A DNA stretch of 64,000 nucleotides, from contig JAMFSI010000039.1 in assembly GCA_026225215.1 (NCBI GenBank), positions 8,897 through 72,896 of the forward strand, in the 5' to 3' direction. The stretch comes from Sphingomonas palustris (lineage in GTDB: Bacteria > Pseudomonadota > Alphaproteobacteria > Sphingomonadales > Sphingomonadaceae). The notes beneath the pieces were generated by a model. It was given only the letters and a program-made list of their open reading frames with translations, did not search any database and had not been told where the DNA came from. Made by a program: the position numbers and the translations under genes. Below are positions 1-9,487 of the stretch, in pieces (positions within the stretch are counted from its first letter, which is position 1; every line of letters begins with the position of its first letter).

Positions 1-863
1 GGGTGCGCTCGCCGGGCGCTCAGGAACGCCCCGGATAGCGAGCCGACCGCCATGATCGAGGACAATATGCCATAGCCGCGCGCATCGGTGTGAAACTCGC
101 GCACCGCCATGGTCGAGATGAAGATCGGGAAGTTGAGCCCGAAAGTGCCGATCAGAAACAGCATTCCCAGGATGCACTGAATATCGGCTCGTCCTTTGAC
201 ATAGCGCAGCGCGTCGCCAAAACCGCCCTCGCTCCGGGGTGCTCGCAGTTGCGGGCGCAATTCGTCGACGCGCAGCATTGCCAGCGCCACCAGCACCGCA
301 AGGAACGACACCCCATTGGCGATGAACGCCCAGCCGGTGCCGATCCCGGCGATGACCAGCCCCGCCACCGCCGGACCGACCATCCGCGCGGCGTTGAACG
401 AAGTGGAGTTGAGCGCCACGGCATTGGGCAAATCCTCGTCGCCGACCAGTTCGGCGACAAAGGTCTGGCGGACTGGTGCATCGAAGGCCGCAGCGCTGCC
501 GAACAGGAAGGCGAAGAGATAGACCTGCCATAGCCGGACTACGCCGAGCACGGTCAGCAGGCCCAAGGCCAGGGCGAGGAAGCCCATCGTCGCTTGCGTC
601 GCGAGCAGCAGCTTGCGTTGGTTGTAACGGTCGGCGGCGACCCCGGTCCACGGCAGCCACAGCAATTGCGGCCCGAACTGCAGCGCCATGACGATGCCCA
701 CTGCAGTCGCATTGTGGTGCGTAAGCTGTGTCAGCACCAGCCAGTCCTGCGCGGTGCGCTGCACCCAGGTGCCGATATTGGAGACGAACGCACCCGACAC
801 CCACAAGCGATAATTGGTGCTCCGCAGCGAGCGGAAGACATGGGGTGCGGTGGTCGCGGTCAT
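1..863 (-). CDS. MFS transporter, runs off the left edge (not in the ORF track)
   Basis: Manual translation from ATG at 863: MTATTAPHVFRSLRSTNYRLWVSGAFVSNIGTWVQRTAQDWLV...GVAADRYNQRKLL (MFS motif A-like); multiple hydrophobic helices; ATGA overlap with the upstream gene stop. Confidence 0.9.
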   Translation of the reverse strand, partial: MTATTAPHVFRSLRSTNYRLWVSGAFVSNIGTWVQRTAQDWLVLTQLTHHNATAVGIVMALQFGPQLLWLPWTGVAADRYNQRKLLLATQATMGFLALALGLLTVLGVVRLWQVYLFAFLFGSAAAFDAPVRQTFVAELVGDEDLPNAVALNSTSFNAARMVGPAVAGLVIAGIGTGWAFIANGVSFLAVLVALAMLRVDELRPQLRAPRSEGGFGDALRYVKGRADIQCILGMLFLIGTFGLNFPIFISTMAVREFHTDARGYGILSSIMAVGSLSGAFLSARRAH

Positions 864-1189
864 GATGGGTTAGAGCTGTTGCCGCCGTTGATTGCGCCGA
901 AATGGCGAGCGGTGAACAGGCCTATCGCCAACATCCCGAATGCCAGCGATCCGACATGATCGAGGCGCTCGATGCGGAAATCCCCGACATGGCACAGCAG
1001 CCCGTAGGCCAGAGCCAGATTGAAAAATCCCCACAGCACATTGACCGTCGCCGACGACAGGCCCTTGCCCGGTGGGCTTGCAAACGGGGACTGGAACGAG
1101 CGTCCCATCAGCCCGCTGACGGTATGGGGAATCGCATTGGTCAGAAAGACGCCGCCGAAGGCGTAAGCGAGAAGGTCGATTCCGGGCAT
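860..1189 (-). CDS. small membrane protein, unknown function
   Basis: 109 aa with 3-4 hydrophobic segments; coupled to both neighbours in the operon. Confidence 0.75.
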   Translation of the reverse strand: MPGIDLLAYAFGGVFLTNAIPHTVSGLMGRSFQSPFASPPGKGLSSATVNVLWGFFNLALAYGLLCHVGDFRIERLDHVGSLAFGMLAIGLFTARHFGAINGGNSSNPS

Positions 1190-1752
1190 CAGGCGCTCCG
1201 TTTGGCGAGCAGGGCAAGGATCTCGGCGCAGGTGCCGGTCTCGCCGAGGCGGGGGAAGATATGGGCGATGCTGTGATCATGCGCGGCGGGACGCAAATCC
1301 GTCATCGCATCGACGGCGAGGGTGACGTTGAACCCGGCCTCATAGGCCTGGCGCGCGGTGGCCTCGACGCCGGTGCCGGTGGCGACGCCGGCAATCACCA
1401 CTTGGGTGACCCCGAGCGCGCGCAGACGGGCCTCGAGATCGGTGGTGGCAAAGGCGCCCCAGCTGCGCTTGGTGATCAGAATGTCCTCGGGCTGGACATC
1501 GAGTTCGGGGATCAGTTCGGCCCAGCCTGCAGGATGCTCGGTCGCGCGCGGCGGCGTTTCGGTACGGCCGGGCGCGCCACCCGTGACGTTGACCAGCACG
1601 ACGGGCAGTCCGTGTTTGCGAAAACCGGCGGCCAAAGCGCGGCTATTGGCGATGATCGGTGCGATCGGGTGAGGCAGCGGCAGGCTGACGATGCCCTTTT
1701 GCAGATCGACGACGATAAGCGCGCTGGCGGGGTCCAGCAGGGTGAGCGCCAT
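1189..1752 (-). CDS. isochorismatase-family cysteine hydrolase
   Basis: ALIVVDLQKG, ITKRSWGAF, GVEATARQAYEAGFNVTLAVDAMTD motifs. The usual catalytic Cys position reads T/G (GVATGTGVEAT), so activity is uncertain. Confidence 0.9.
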   Translation of the reverse strand: MALTLLDPASALIVVDLQKGIVSLPLPHPIAPIIANSRALAAGFRKHGLPVVLVNVTGGAPGRTETPPRATEHPAGWAELIPELDVQPEDILITKRSWGAFATTDLEARLRALGVTQVVIAGVATGTGVEATARQAYEAGFNVTLAVDAMTDLRPAAHDHSIAHIFPRLGETGTCAEILALLAKRSA

Positions 1753-1777
1753 GACAATATTTCCTTAGGGGCGGGAA

Positions 1778-2236
1778 TCAGGCCTCGACGAGCCTGGAGA
1801 GTAAAGCGACGGCTCTGGATAGTTCATCCTGTTCGCCTGGCGACAAGCGCTCGGCGATCATGTCGGTCAGCCAGTCCTGGCGGGCGGCTCGGCCCTCGCG
1901 GATCTGATCGCGGCAGACATCGGTGAGCTGAAGCAGCGTCTGACGGCGATCCTCGGGATCGGCTTCGCCACGCAACATGCCGGCAGTTTCGAGCGCCGCG
2001 ATCACCGGCCCCATCGATTGCGGGCGCATGCCCTCGGCGCGGGCCAGCGCCGAAGCCGTGGCCGCGCCATCCCGGTACAATCGGATCAGCACCGCCTTTT
2101 GTGAAGACGTGAAATCGCCAAGATCGGCCTGTTCGCGCAGCCGCCGCTTGAGGGCGCGAAAAATCGCGCGCAACTGCTGAGCCAATTGGTCCGATGATGC
2201 GTATGGAGAAGCGGGCTCATCGTGAATTTGAGGCAT
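1778..2236 (-). CDS. MarR-family transcriptional regulator
   Basis: LARAEGMRPQSMGPVIAALE helix-turn-helix; DPEDRRQTLLQLT wing. Confidence 0.92.
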   Translation of the reverse strand: MPQIHDEPASPYASSDQLAQQLRAIFRALKRRLREQADLGDFTSSQKAVLIRLYRDGAATASALARAEGMRPQSMGPVIAALETAGMLRGEADPEDRRQTLLQLTDVCRDQIREGRAARQDWLTDMIAERLSPGEQDELSRAVALLSRLVEA

Positions 2237-2250
2237 GAACGTCTTTCTGT

Positions 2251-2398
2251 CTGATCCGAAACTTCGTTTCGGATAGTCTGTGCCGTCCCGCTCTCCCGGG
2301 TTGGTACCACCTACAGGGTACCTTAACTGGGTGGTACCAACCCGGGGGAGCGGGACGGCACAGACTTCGAAATCCGCTCATTCGCGGATTTCACATAG
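2251..2398. repeat. three-hairpin palindromic element, copy A (148 bp; flanks reversed relative to B-E)
   Basis: CTGA-TCCGAAAC ttc GTTTCGGA; ~40-bp stem GTCTGTGCCGTCCCGC...GCGGGACGGCACAGAC; GAAATCCGC tcattc GCGGATTTC; homologous to 31325, 48288, 48989, 51463. Confidence 0.95.
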
Positions 2399-2412
2399 GC
2401 CATTATAGATAT

Positions 2413-2438
2413 ACAGGTAAGCTGTAAAGGTTACCTGT
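2413..2438. promoter_or_regulatory. candidate MarR operator, ACAGGTAA-N10-TTACCTGT
   Basis: Perfect 8-bp inverted repeat in the AT-rich divergent intergenic region upstream of marR. Confidence 0.5.
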
Positions 2439-2459
2439 CGAATTGAACTAGAGGTAAAT

Positions 2460-2927
2460 ATGCGCTATTTTCTCGATACCGAGTTCAATGGCTTTGGCGG
2501 CGAGTTGATCTCGATTGCGCTGGTGCCGGAAGACGCCGAGCTGCCGCCGTTCTACCAAGCGATGATATGCCCTGCGCCGACCGATTGGGTCGCCGCGAAT
2601 GTCCTGCCCGTGCTGGCGACGATCCCGCTGACCCGCGAGGTGCTGGCCGACCGCTTTGCCGATTATCTGCTCGATGATGAAACGCCGCTGCTGGTCGCTG
2701 ATTGGCCGGAGGATATTGCCCACGCCGCGCAGCTGCTGGTGACGGGGCCCGGTCGCATGAAACCCGTTCGCAGCCTCCGCTTCGAACTGGTCGATCCCAA
2801 TATTATCGGTCCGGGTCTATCGGCGCTGGTGCCGCATAACGCCTGGCACGACGCGACCGCATTGCGCGCCACCGTGCTTGCGTATGAACGGAGAGTGGCC
2901 GTGAATCCCGATGTTTTTACGGGTTAG
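2460..2927 (+). CDS. DEDDh 3'-5' exonuclease (RNase AS/Rv2179c-like)
   Basis: FLDTEFNG (ExoI), WPEDIAH (ExoII), HNAWHDA (ExoIII); GAGGT RBS. Confidence 0.75.
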   Translation: MRYFLDTEFNGFGGELISIALVPEDAELPPFYQAMICPAPTDWVAANVLPVLATIPLTREVLADRFADYLLDDETPLLVADWPEDIAHAAQLLVTGPGRMKPVRSLRFELVDPNIIGPGLSALVPHNAWHDATALRATVLAYERRVAVNPDVFTG

Positions 2928-3858
2928 TGAAGACCACGCGATCGCCGGTCTGGCTCCAGGTCTGTTCGACCTGGGCCAGCGGCATACTGCTGGTCGCCAG
3001 CATCAGCTTGCCCGCTGCCGCCGCATCGAACACGCCGGCGATAGCGGCCAGCAATCGCGGCAGTGACACGCTACCGATACCGCTGCCCATCAGTTCCAGC
3101 GCCGAGGAGCGCAAGACCGCGCCGGGCAAGCGGATATCCGCACCGCTGGCGGCGCCGATCTGGACAAAGCGGATCGGCACCGCTTCGGCTGCCACCTTGG
3201 CGGCGGAAACCAGCAGATGCTCTGCGCTCATCCCCCACAAGTAATCGAGCACGACATCGACGCCGCGCGCGAACTCCGCCTTGAAGGCGGCGTCGAGCGC
3301 CTCGCCATTATCAGTCAGCGGGATGACCATGTCCGCGTCCAGGCTGTCCAGGACTGCGCGGTTGCGGCCCGTGGCGATAATGCGCGCGGCGCCCTTGGCC
3401 CGGGCGATTTGCACCGCCAACTGCCCCGAGGCGCCGGTCGCGCCGTTAATCAAGACCGTCTCACCGGGTTTGAACCGCGCGCGCTCGGTCAGCGCCGCCC
3501 AGGACGACATGCCGGGATTAGCGATGGCCGCGGCGGTGACGTCGTCGAGAGTGTCGGGCACCGGCAGGCAATTGCTGATCGATGCCAGTGATCGCTCGGC
3601 CATGGCGCCGAATGGCGCGCGCGGCAGGACGAAATAGACCCGGCGACCGTCGTCCAGCGTGCCGACCCCGTCCACCCCGGCGACGAAAGGAAAACCGCCT
3701 GAAGAACTGTAATGCGTGCCTGACGCACGAGCCCGCGTTAATTGGCTCAGCGCGCTCGCCCGAACCGCAATGCGTTGCTCGCCGGGGCCGGCTTGCGGTT
3801 CTGCGAAGTCTGCGAAAACGGGGGGATGTCCGGCGTCATGGACGATTGCTGCCTTCAT
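2917..3858 (-). CDS. MDR-family (quinone) oxidoreductase / Zn-binding dehydrogenase-like
   Basis: GVDGVG, LINGATGASG nucleotide-binding motif, DVVLDYLWG. Confidence 0.9.
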   Translation of the reverse strand: MKAAIVHDAGHPPVFADFAEPQAGPGEQRIAVRASALSQLTRARASGTHYSSSGGFPFVAGVDGVGTLDDGRRVYFVLPRAPFGAMAERSLASISNCLPVPDTLDDVTAAAIANPGMSSWAALTERARFKPGETVLINGATGASGQLAVQIARAKGAARIIATGRNRAVLDSLDADMVIPLTDNGEALDAAFKAEFARGVDVVLDYLWGMSAEHLLVSAAKVAAEAVPIRFVQIGAASGADIRLPGAVLRSSALELMGSGIGSVSLPRLLAAIAGVFDAAAAGKLMLATSSMPLAQVEQTWSQTGDRVVFTNP

Positions 3859-3900
3859 CTCAGGAATCTTTCATTTCGGGTTTGGCCTTTGACGCGCCGC

Positions 3901-4434
3901 TCATTCAGCGGCAGCGCTGCGAGTGCTGGCCTCGGCCCACCATGCTTCGATAGCAGGCAGTTCAGCTGGAAGTACGACGTAAAAGGGGGACGCAAAATTA
4001 TCCCACACCGCCATGAATTTCGGCGCTACCGAAGTCAGAATCGGCGCCCCGGCCTCGATTGCCTCGATGAACGCGGGCAGCAGTCCCGAGCCTTTTTCCG
4101 CCTCGAGCTTGCCGAATTTGCTGAGCACGACAAGATCGCAGCCCGAGGCAATGTCCCGCCGCACCTGTTCGCCGGCCTCGACCAGCGACGGACTATCAAG
4201 CGCGCAGCCCGCCGATCCGGGGCCAAGATCCTGAAAGATCGGAAAGCTGCCATCACCGCCAAGGTTGGACAGCCGACCCTGCACCCGGCTGCGGCTTTCG
4301 TTACGCGGGTCTTCGATCACCCCGACGATTCTGGCACGGGTTTGCCAATGCGCGACGAATTGCCCGATGAGCTGCTGGATCGCGGCGCTATCCGCGCCTT
4401 GCACCACGGCGATCGGCTTTATGGCTTTGTCCAT
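3901..4434 (-). CDS. DUF2478-family protein
   Basis: CALDSPSL...DLVVLSKFGKLEAE.GSGL...AIEAGAPILTSV; start moved to ATG 4434 (MDKAIKP). Confidence 0.8.
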   Translation of the reverse strand: MDKAIKPIAVVQGADSAAIQQLIGQFVAHWQTRARIVGVIEDPRNESRSRVQGRLSNLGGDGSFPIFQDLGPGSAGCALDSPSLVEAGEQVRRDIASGCDLVVLSKFGKLEAEKGSGLLPAFIEAIEAGAPILTSVAPKFMAVWDNFASPFYVVLPAELPAIEAWWAEASTRSAAAE

Positions 4435-4653
4435 GCCATGCTCCTTATGCCGGCCCTGCATCGGCCTGACAGGTGTTCGCGCCGAGCCATAGCATTTTAT
4501 CGTCGGCCGGAAAGCTTGCGCTGCTTCGGGAGCCATCCAGGAGCAGCCAAACCCGAACAAATTGCAGGCAAATTGTAAAATGCTTTGCTTCCAAAAACGG
4601 GATCGTAGATAGGCGGGTTGCCCGGGGGGGTGTCTAATTCCGGGGTTCGCGAT

Positions 4654-7600
4654 ATGTTTTCCTCCAGGCAAACCTCAGGCGCGCCGCGCGCAGGGGTGGA
4701 TTTACGGGCCGGAGCCGGCCTCGCCCTGATCATCCTGTTTTTCATTTTAAGCGGCGTCATTGCCTATTCCAACGTCAATGTGCTGCGCGACGATGCCACC
4801 AAAATTCAGCATTCGCATGATGTGATCGCCGCGCTCGACGAATTGCTGTCGACGATGCAGGATGCCGAAACCGGCCAACGCGGGTTTTTGCTGACCAGCA
4901 AGGAGCCCTATCTGGCTCCCTATGACGCTGCCGTCGCCCGCGCCGGACCGACCCTCGATCTGATCGCCAACCTTACTCGCGACAATCCATCGCAGCAGGC
5001 GCGGATGGTCCCGCTTCGCCGCCACGTCGATGCCAAGCTGGCCGAGCTGAAACAAACCATCGATCTGCGCCGGAGCGCCGGCAGCGACGCCGCCCTCGCC
5101 GTGGTCACCACCGATCGCGGCAAGGTCGAGATGGACGCCATCCGCACCCAGCTCGACCTGATGCAGCAGGAAGAAGCGCGGCTGCGCCAATTCCGGCAGG
5201 AGGAGATGTCCGGCGCTTATCAAACCGCCTGGGTCAGCGGCATCCTTTCCTGTCTGGTCGGCATCGTGCTGACCCTGGCCGTCGGTTTTCTGATCCGCCG
5301 GGCGACCGTGGCGCGCGAAAGGCTGCAGTGGCTGCAATCCGGCGAGGCGCGTTTGGCATCGGCGATGCTGGGGGACTTAGCTCCCGCCGAGTTGGGCGAA
5401 AACATCCTGAGCTTTCTGGCGCATTTTCTCGGGGGCCAGTGCGGCGCGATCTTCGCCGGCGACGGCGCGCATTACCAGCGGATCGCGGCCTATGGCGTGC
5501 CGGCGGATGCCAGGATCGTCGAGCGTTTTTCGCAGAAGGAAGGCTTGCTCGGACAAGTGGCGGCCGAACGCGCGCCGGCAATCTTGAGCGATATTCCCGA
5601 CGGCTATCTGGCGCTCGGCTCGGCGCTGGGACAAACCCAGCCGCGCCATGTGATCATTGCCCCGGCGATGGCCGATGATGTGGTTCGTGGCGTGGTCGAA
5701 CTCGGCTTTCTCCAGCCGGTGGGCGACCATGCGCAGGAGTTTCTCGCGATTGCAGCGGATGCGATCGGGATTGCGCTGCGATCGGCGGCCCTGCGCGCCG
5801 AATTGCAGAATTTGCTCGAGGAAACCCAGCGCCAGTCGGAGGAATTGCAGGTCCAGAGCGAAGAGCTGCGGGTCTCGAACGAGGAATTGGAGGAACAGGG
5901 ACGCGCGCTCAAGGAATCGCAGGTCCGCCTCGAACAGCAACAAGTCGAACTCGAGCAGACCAATTCCCAGCTGGAGGAACAGGCGGGGCAACTCGAAGCC
6001 CAGCGCGATGATCTCACCCGCTCGAATTCGGCGGTGGAATTGAAAGCGCGCGAGCTGGAGCGGGCGAGCCGCTACAAGTCGGATTTCCTTGCCAATATGT
6101 CGCACGAGCTGCGCACGCCGCTGAACTCGCTGCTGATCCTGTCCAAGCTGCTGTACGACAACCCCGCCGGCAATCTGACCGAAGACCAGGTCAAATATGC
6201 CCATACGATCCAGTCGTCCGGCAACGATCTGCTGCTGCTGATCAATGACATTCTTGATCTTTCCAAGATCGAGGCGGGGCAAGTCCAGGTGCGTCCGGAA
6301 ACGGTTTCGCTCGATCGGGTCGCTAATGACATGCGCCAGATGTTCCAGCCGCTCGCCAACGAGCGCGGGCTGCAATTCGATATCGACATCGCCGAGAACT
6401 GTCCCGCCACGATCGATACCGATCGTCAGCGCCTCGATCAGGTGTTGAAAAACCTACTCTCGAATGGCCTCAAGTTCACCGAAGCGGGCAGCGTTCGGCT
6501 TTCCCTGGCGCCAGCCGGTGCAGGTGAGATCGCCATTTCCGTCACCGACACGGGCATCGGCGTTGCCGAAGACCAACAGCGGGATATCTTCGAGGCTTTC
6601 CGCCAGGCTGACGGGACGATCAGTCGCAAATATGGCGGTACCGGGCTTGGTCTCTCGATTTCGCGCGAACTCGCGCGGTTGCTGGGGGGCAGCATTACCC
6701 TCACCAGCAAGCCTGGTGAAGGCAGTTGCTTCACGCTGACGCTCCCGCTGGCTTACGATCCCGCGCTGGTCGCGCCGCGCGCGGAACCTGCGCCGCTATC
6801 CCGCGAAAGCGCGGTGCTGGCGCTGCCAGTGAAACCGGCGCTGCTGCCGCGCAGAGTGGATGACGATCGCGAAAAATTAGAGACCAGTGGGCGGATTCTG
6901 CTGGTTGTCGAAGACGATGCCAGCTTTGCCGGCATCGTTCGGGATTTGTCGCGCGAGTTGGGATTCCAGTGCCTGGTCGCCGGGACCGCCGAGGAAGCCC
7001 TGCAACTGGCGCGCCAGTTCAACCCGAGCGCGGTGGTACTCGATGTCGGGCTGCCCGATCAGTCGGGGCTGGCGGTGCTCGATCGGCTCAAGCGCGATGT
7101 CGAGACGCGGCACATTCCGGTGCATGTCGTCTCCGCCAGCGATCATGGCCAAACCGCGTTGTCGCTCGGCGCGATCGGCTATTTGGTCAAGCCGGTGAAG
7201 CGCGAAGACCTCACCGAGGTGCTTGAAGCGCTCGCCGCGCAATTGGCGCGGACCGTGCGCCGGGTGCTGATCGTCGAGGATGACCCGGTCCAGCTCGATG
7301 CGGTCAAACGGTTGCTGGCATCGGGGGATGTCGAGACGGTGGGCGCGGGCACGGCTGCCGAGTGCTTGCAGCGTCTCACCGAAAACAGCTTCGATTGCAT
7401 CGTGCTGGATTTGACGCTGCCCGATGCCTCGGGCTTTGCCTTGCTGGAAACGCTGAGCGAGGATGGCAGCCACGGCTTCCCGCCGATCATCGTCTACACC
7501 GGGCACGATCTGTCTGCGGCGGACGAACAGCGGCTGCGGCGCTATTCCGATTCGATCATCATCAAAGGCGCGCGTTCGCCCGAGCGCTTGCTCGACGAAG

Positions 7601-8076
7601 TGTCGCTGTTCCTGCACCAGGTGGTAAAAGAACTACCCGCCGAGCAGCAGAAGATGATCCAGAAAGCGCGCAACCGCGATGCGATCCTGGAAGGGCGGCG
7701 CATCCTGATCGTCGAGGACGATGTCCGGAATATCTATTCGCTGACCAATATCCTCGAGCCGCGCGGTGCCGTGGTCGAGATTGCCCGGAACGGGCGGGAA
7801 GCGATCGAGGCGCTGGAGAAATCCGCGGGCAGCGATGCCAATGCGATCGACCTCGTGCTGATGGACGTGATGATGCCGGTCATGGATGGGCTGACGGCGA
7901 CGCGCGCCATTCGTCAGGATGCCCGCTGGAAAAAACTGCCGATCATCACCCTGACCGCCAAGGCCATGCCCGACGACCAGCAGCGCTGCATCGAGGCGGG
8001 GGCGAGCGATTACATGCCCAAGCCGCTCGACGTCGATCGGCTGCTATCGCTCGTCCGGGTCTGGATGCCGCGGTAG
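4654..8076 (+). CDS. hybrid histidine kinase: TM-CHASE3-TM-GAF-coiled coil-HisKA-HATPase-3xREC
   Basis: ETGQRGFLLT (CHASE3), FLANMSHELRTPLN, GGTGLGL, receiver motifs VLDVGLPD, VLDLTLPD, LMDVMMP; start uncertain (4618 or 4654). Confidence 0.95.
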   Translation: MFSSRQTSGAPRAGVDLRAGAGLALIILFFILSGVIAYSNVNVLRDDATKIQHSHDVIAALDELLSTMQDAETGQRGFLLTSKEPYLAPYDAAVARAGPTLDLIANLTRDNPSQQARMVPLRRHVDAKLAELKQTIDLRRSAGSDAALAVVTTDRGKVEMDAIRTQLDLMQQEEARLRQFRQEEMSGAYQTAWVSGILSCLVGIVLTLAVGFLIRRATVARERLQWLQSGEARLASAMLGDLAPAELGENILSFLAHFLGGQCGAIFAGDGAHYQRIAAYGVPADARIVERFSQKEGLLGQVAAERAPAILSDIPDGYLALGSALGQTQPRHVIIAPAMADDVVRGVVELGFLQPVGDHAQEFLAIAADAIGIALRSAALRAELQNLLEETQRQSEELQVQSEELRVSNEELEEQGRALKESQVRLEQQQVELEQTNSQLEEQAGQLEAQRDDLTRSNSAVELKARELERASRYKSDFLANMSHELRTPLNSLLILSKLLYDNPAGNLTEDQVKYAHTIQSSGNDLLLLINDILDLSKIEAGQVQVRPETVSLDRVANDMRQMFQPLANERGLQFDIDIAENCPATIDTDRQRLDQVLKNLLSNGLKFTEAGSVRLSLAPAGAGEIAISVTDTGIGVAEDQQRDIFEAFRQADGTISRKYGGTGLGLSISRELARLLGGSITLTSKPGEGSCFTLTLPLAYDPALVAPRAEPAPLSRESAVLALPVKPALLPRRVDDDREKLETSGRILLVVEDDASFAGIVRDLSRELGFQCLVAGTAEEALQLARQFNPSAVVLDVGLPDQSGLAVLDRLKRDVETRHIPVHVVSASDHGQTALSLGAIGYLVKPVKREDLTEVLEALAAQLARTVRRVLIVEDDPVQLDAVKRLLASGDVETVGAGTAAECLQRLTENSFDCIVLDLTLPDASGFALLETLSEDGSHGFPPIIVYTGHDLSAADEQRLRRYSDSIIIKGARSPERLLDEVSLFLHQVVKELPAEQQKMIQKARNRDAILEGRRILIVEDDVRNIYSLTNILEPRGAVVEIARNGREAIEALEKSAGSDANAIDLVLMDVMMPVMDGLTATRAIRQDARWKKLPIITLTAKAMPDDQQRCIEAGASDYMPKPLDVDRLLSLVRVWMPR

Positions 8077-8078
8077 CT

Positions 8079-8903
8079 ATGTCCGACCTTATCGAGGACA
8101 TCGAGATCCGGCTGCTGCTGGAGGCGCTGCATCAGCGCTACCACTATGATTTTCGCAATTACGCCCAGGCATCGATCCGGCGTCGGCTGCGGCAGGCGCG
8201 TGACCAGCTGGGGTTCGCGAATTTCTCGGCCTTGCAGGAAGCCTTGTTACACGATGAGGCGATGTTGCCGCGATTGCTTGCCTATCTGACGGTCCAGGTC
8301 AGCGAGATGTTCCGCGACCCGTCCTATTTCCGGGCGATCCGCGAAAAGGTCGTACCGCACCTGCGCACCTTTCCGTCGCTCAAGATCTGGATTGCGGGCT
8401 GCAGCACCGGCGAGGAACTCTATTCCTTCGTCATTCTCTTTCGCGAGGAGGGGCTGGAGCAACGGACATTGTTTTATGCCACCGACATCAGCCAGGATGC
8501 GCTCGATGCGGCGGCGAGAGGAATCTATTCGCTCGACCGGATGAGGACCTTCACTGAGAATCACCGCGCTGCCGGTGGAAAATCCTCGCTGTCCGAATAT
8601 TATCGCACCGCTTACGGTAATGCCGTGCTCGATCAGGGTTTGCGCGATAAGGTGGTGTTCTCCGATCACAGCCTCGTCACTGACGCGGTTTTCGGCGAGA
8701 TGCATCTCATTTCCTGCCGTAACGTGCTAATCTATTTCAATCGCGATTTGCAGGACCGTGCCATCGGTTTGTTTCGGGATTCGCTGGGCCGGAAGGGGTT
8801 TCTGGGGCTGGGTTCCAAGGAGAATATTCGCTTTTCGAGCCATGCCGATGGTTTCAGCGATTTCGCTCGCCAGGATAAGATCTATCAAAGGCGCGAAGCA
8901 TGA
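8079..8903 (+). CDS. cheR: CheR-type protein-glutamate methyltransferase
   Basis: VSEMFRDP, IWIAGCSTGEE.YS, ATDIS, ISCRNVLIYF; start ATG 8079. Confidence 0.95.
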   Translation: MSDLIEDIEIRLLLEALHQRYHYDFRNYAQASIRRRLRQARDQLGFANFSALQEALLHDEAMLPRLLAYLTVQVSEMFRDPSYFRAIREKVVPHLRTFPSLKIWIAGCSTGEELYSFVILFREEGLEQRTLFYATDISQDALDAAARGIYSLDRMRTFTENHRAAGGKSSLSEYYRTAYGNAVLDQGLRDKVVFSDHSLVTDAVFGEMHLISCRNVLIYFNRDLQDRAIGLFRDSLGRKGFLGLGSKENIRFSSHADGFSDFARQDKIYQRREA

Positions 8904-9487
8904 GCAGCAGCGAGGCACCCGAAGGCGCGCGCCTGGTCGTGATCGGTGCGTCGGCGGGCGCGCTCCAGGCCTTGACGCAGATCCTGCCGGCGCTGCCTGT
9001 CGATTATCCCTTGCCGATCCTGATCGTGGTTCACATTCCCCCGGATCGGCGGAACATGCTGGCGCCGCTGTTCCAGGCAAAATGCCGCATGGCGGTTCGC
9101 GAAGCGGAGGACAAGGAGCCGGGGCTGGCGGGCGTGGTCTATTTCGCTCCGCCCGACTATCATCTGCTGGTCGAGACGGATGGCACTCTTTCGCTGTCGA
9201 GTGACGAGGAAGTCTGGTTCTCCCGGCCATCGATCGACGTCTTGTTCGAAAGCGCGGCCGATGCCTATGGTGCCGGTGTGATCGGGATCATCCTGACCGG
9301 CGCCAATCCGGACGGTGCGAGTGGATCGAAGGCGATCGCCGATGCCGGGGGCACCGTGCTCGTGGAAGACCCGGCGACGGCTTATGCCAGTGCGATGCCG
9401 CTCGCGGCGTTGCAGGCTTGCGGGACAGCGCGGGCCATGCCGCTCGCCGCTATCGCGAACTGCTTATTGAAAGAGTGTGCCGCATGA
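8900..9487 (+). CDS. cheB: CheB-type methylesterase, catalytic domain only (no REC)
   Basis: IGASAG (Ser), VVHIP (His), GANPDG (Asp); RPSIDVLFESAA. Confidence 0.93.
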   Translation: MSSSEAPEGARLVVIGASAGALQALTQILPALPVDYPLPILIVVHIPPDRRNMLAPLFQAKCRMAVREAEDKEPGLAGVVYFAPPDYHLLVETDGTLSLSSDEEVWFSRPSIDVLFESAADAYGAGVIGIILTGANPDGASGSKAIADAGGTVLVEDPATAYASAMPLAALQACGTARAMPLAAIANCLLKECAA

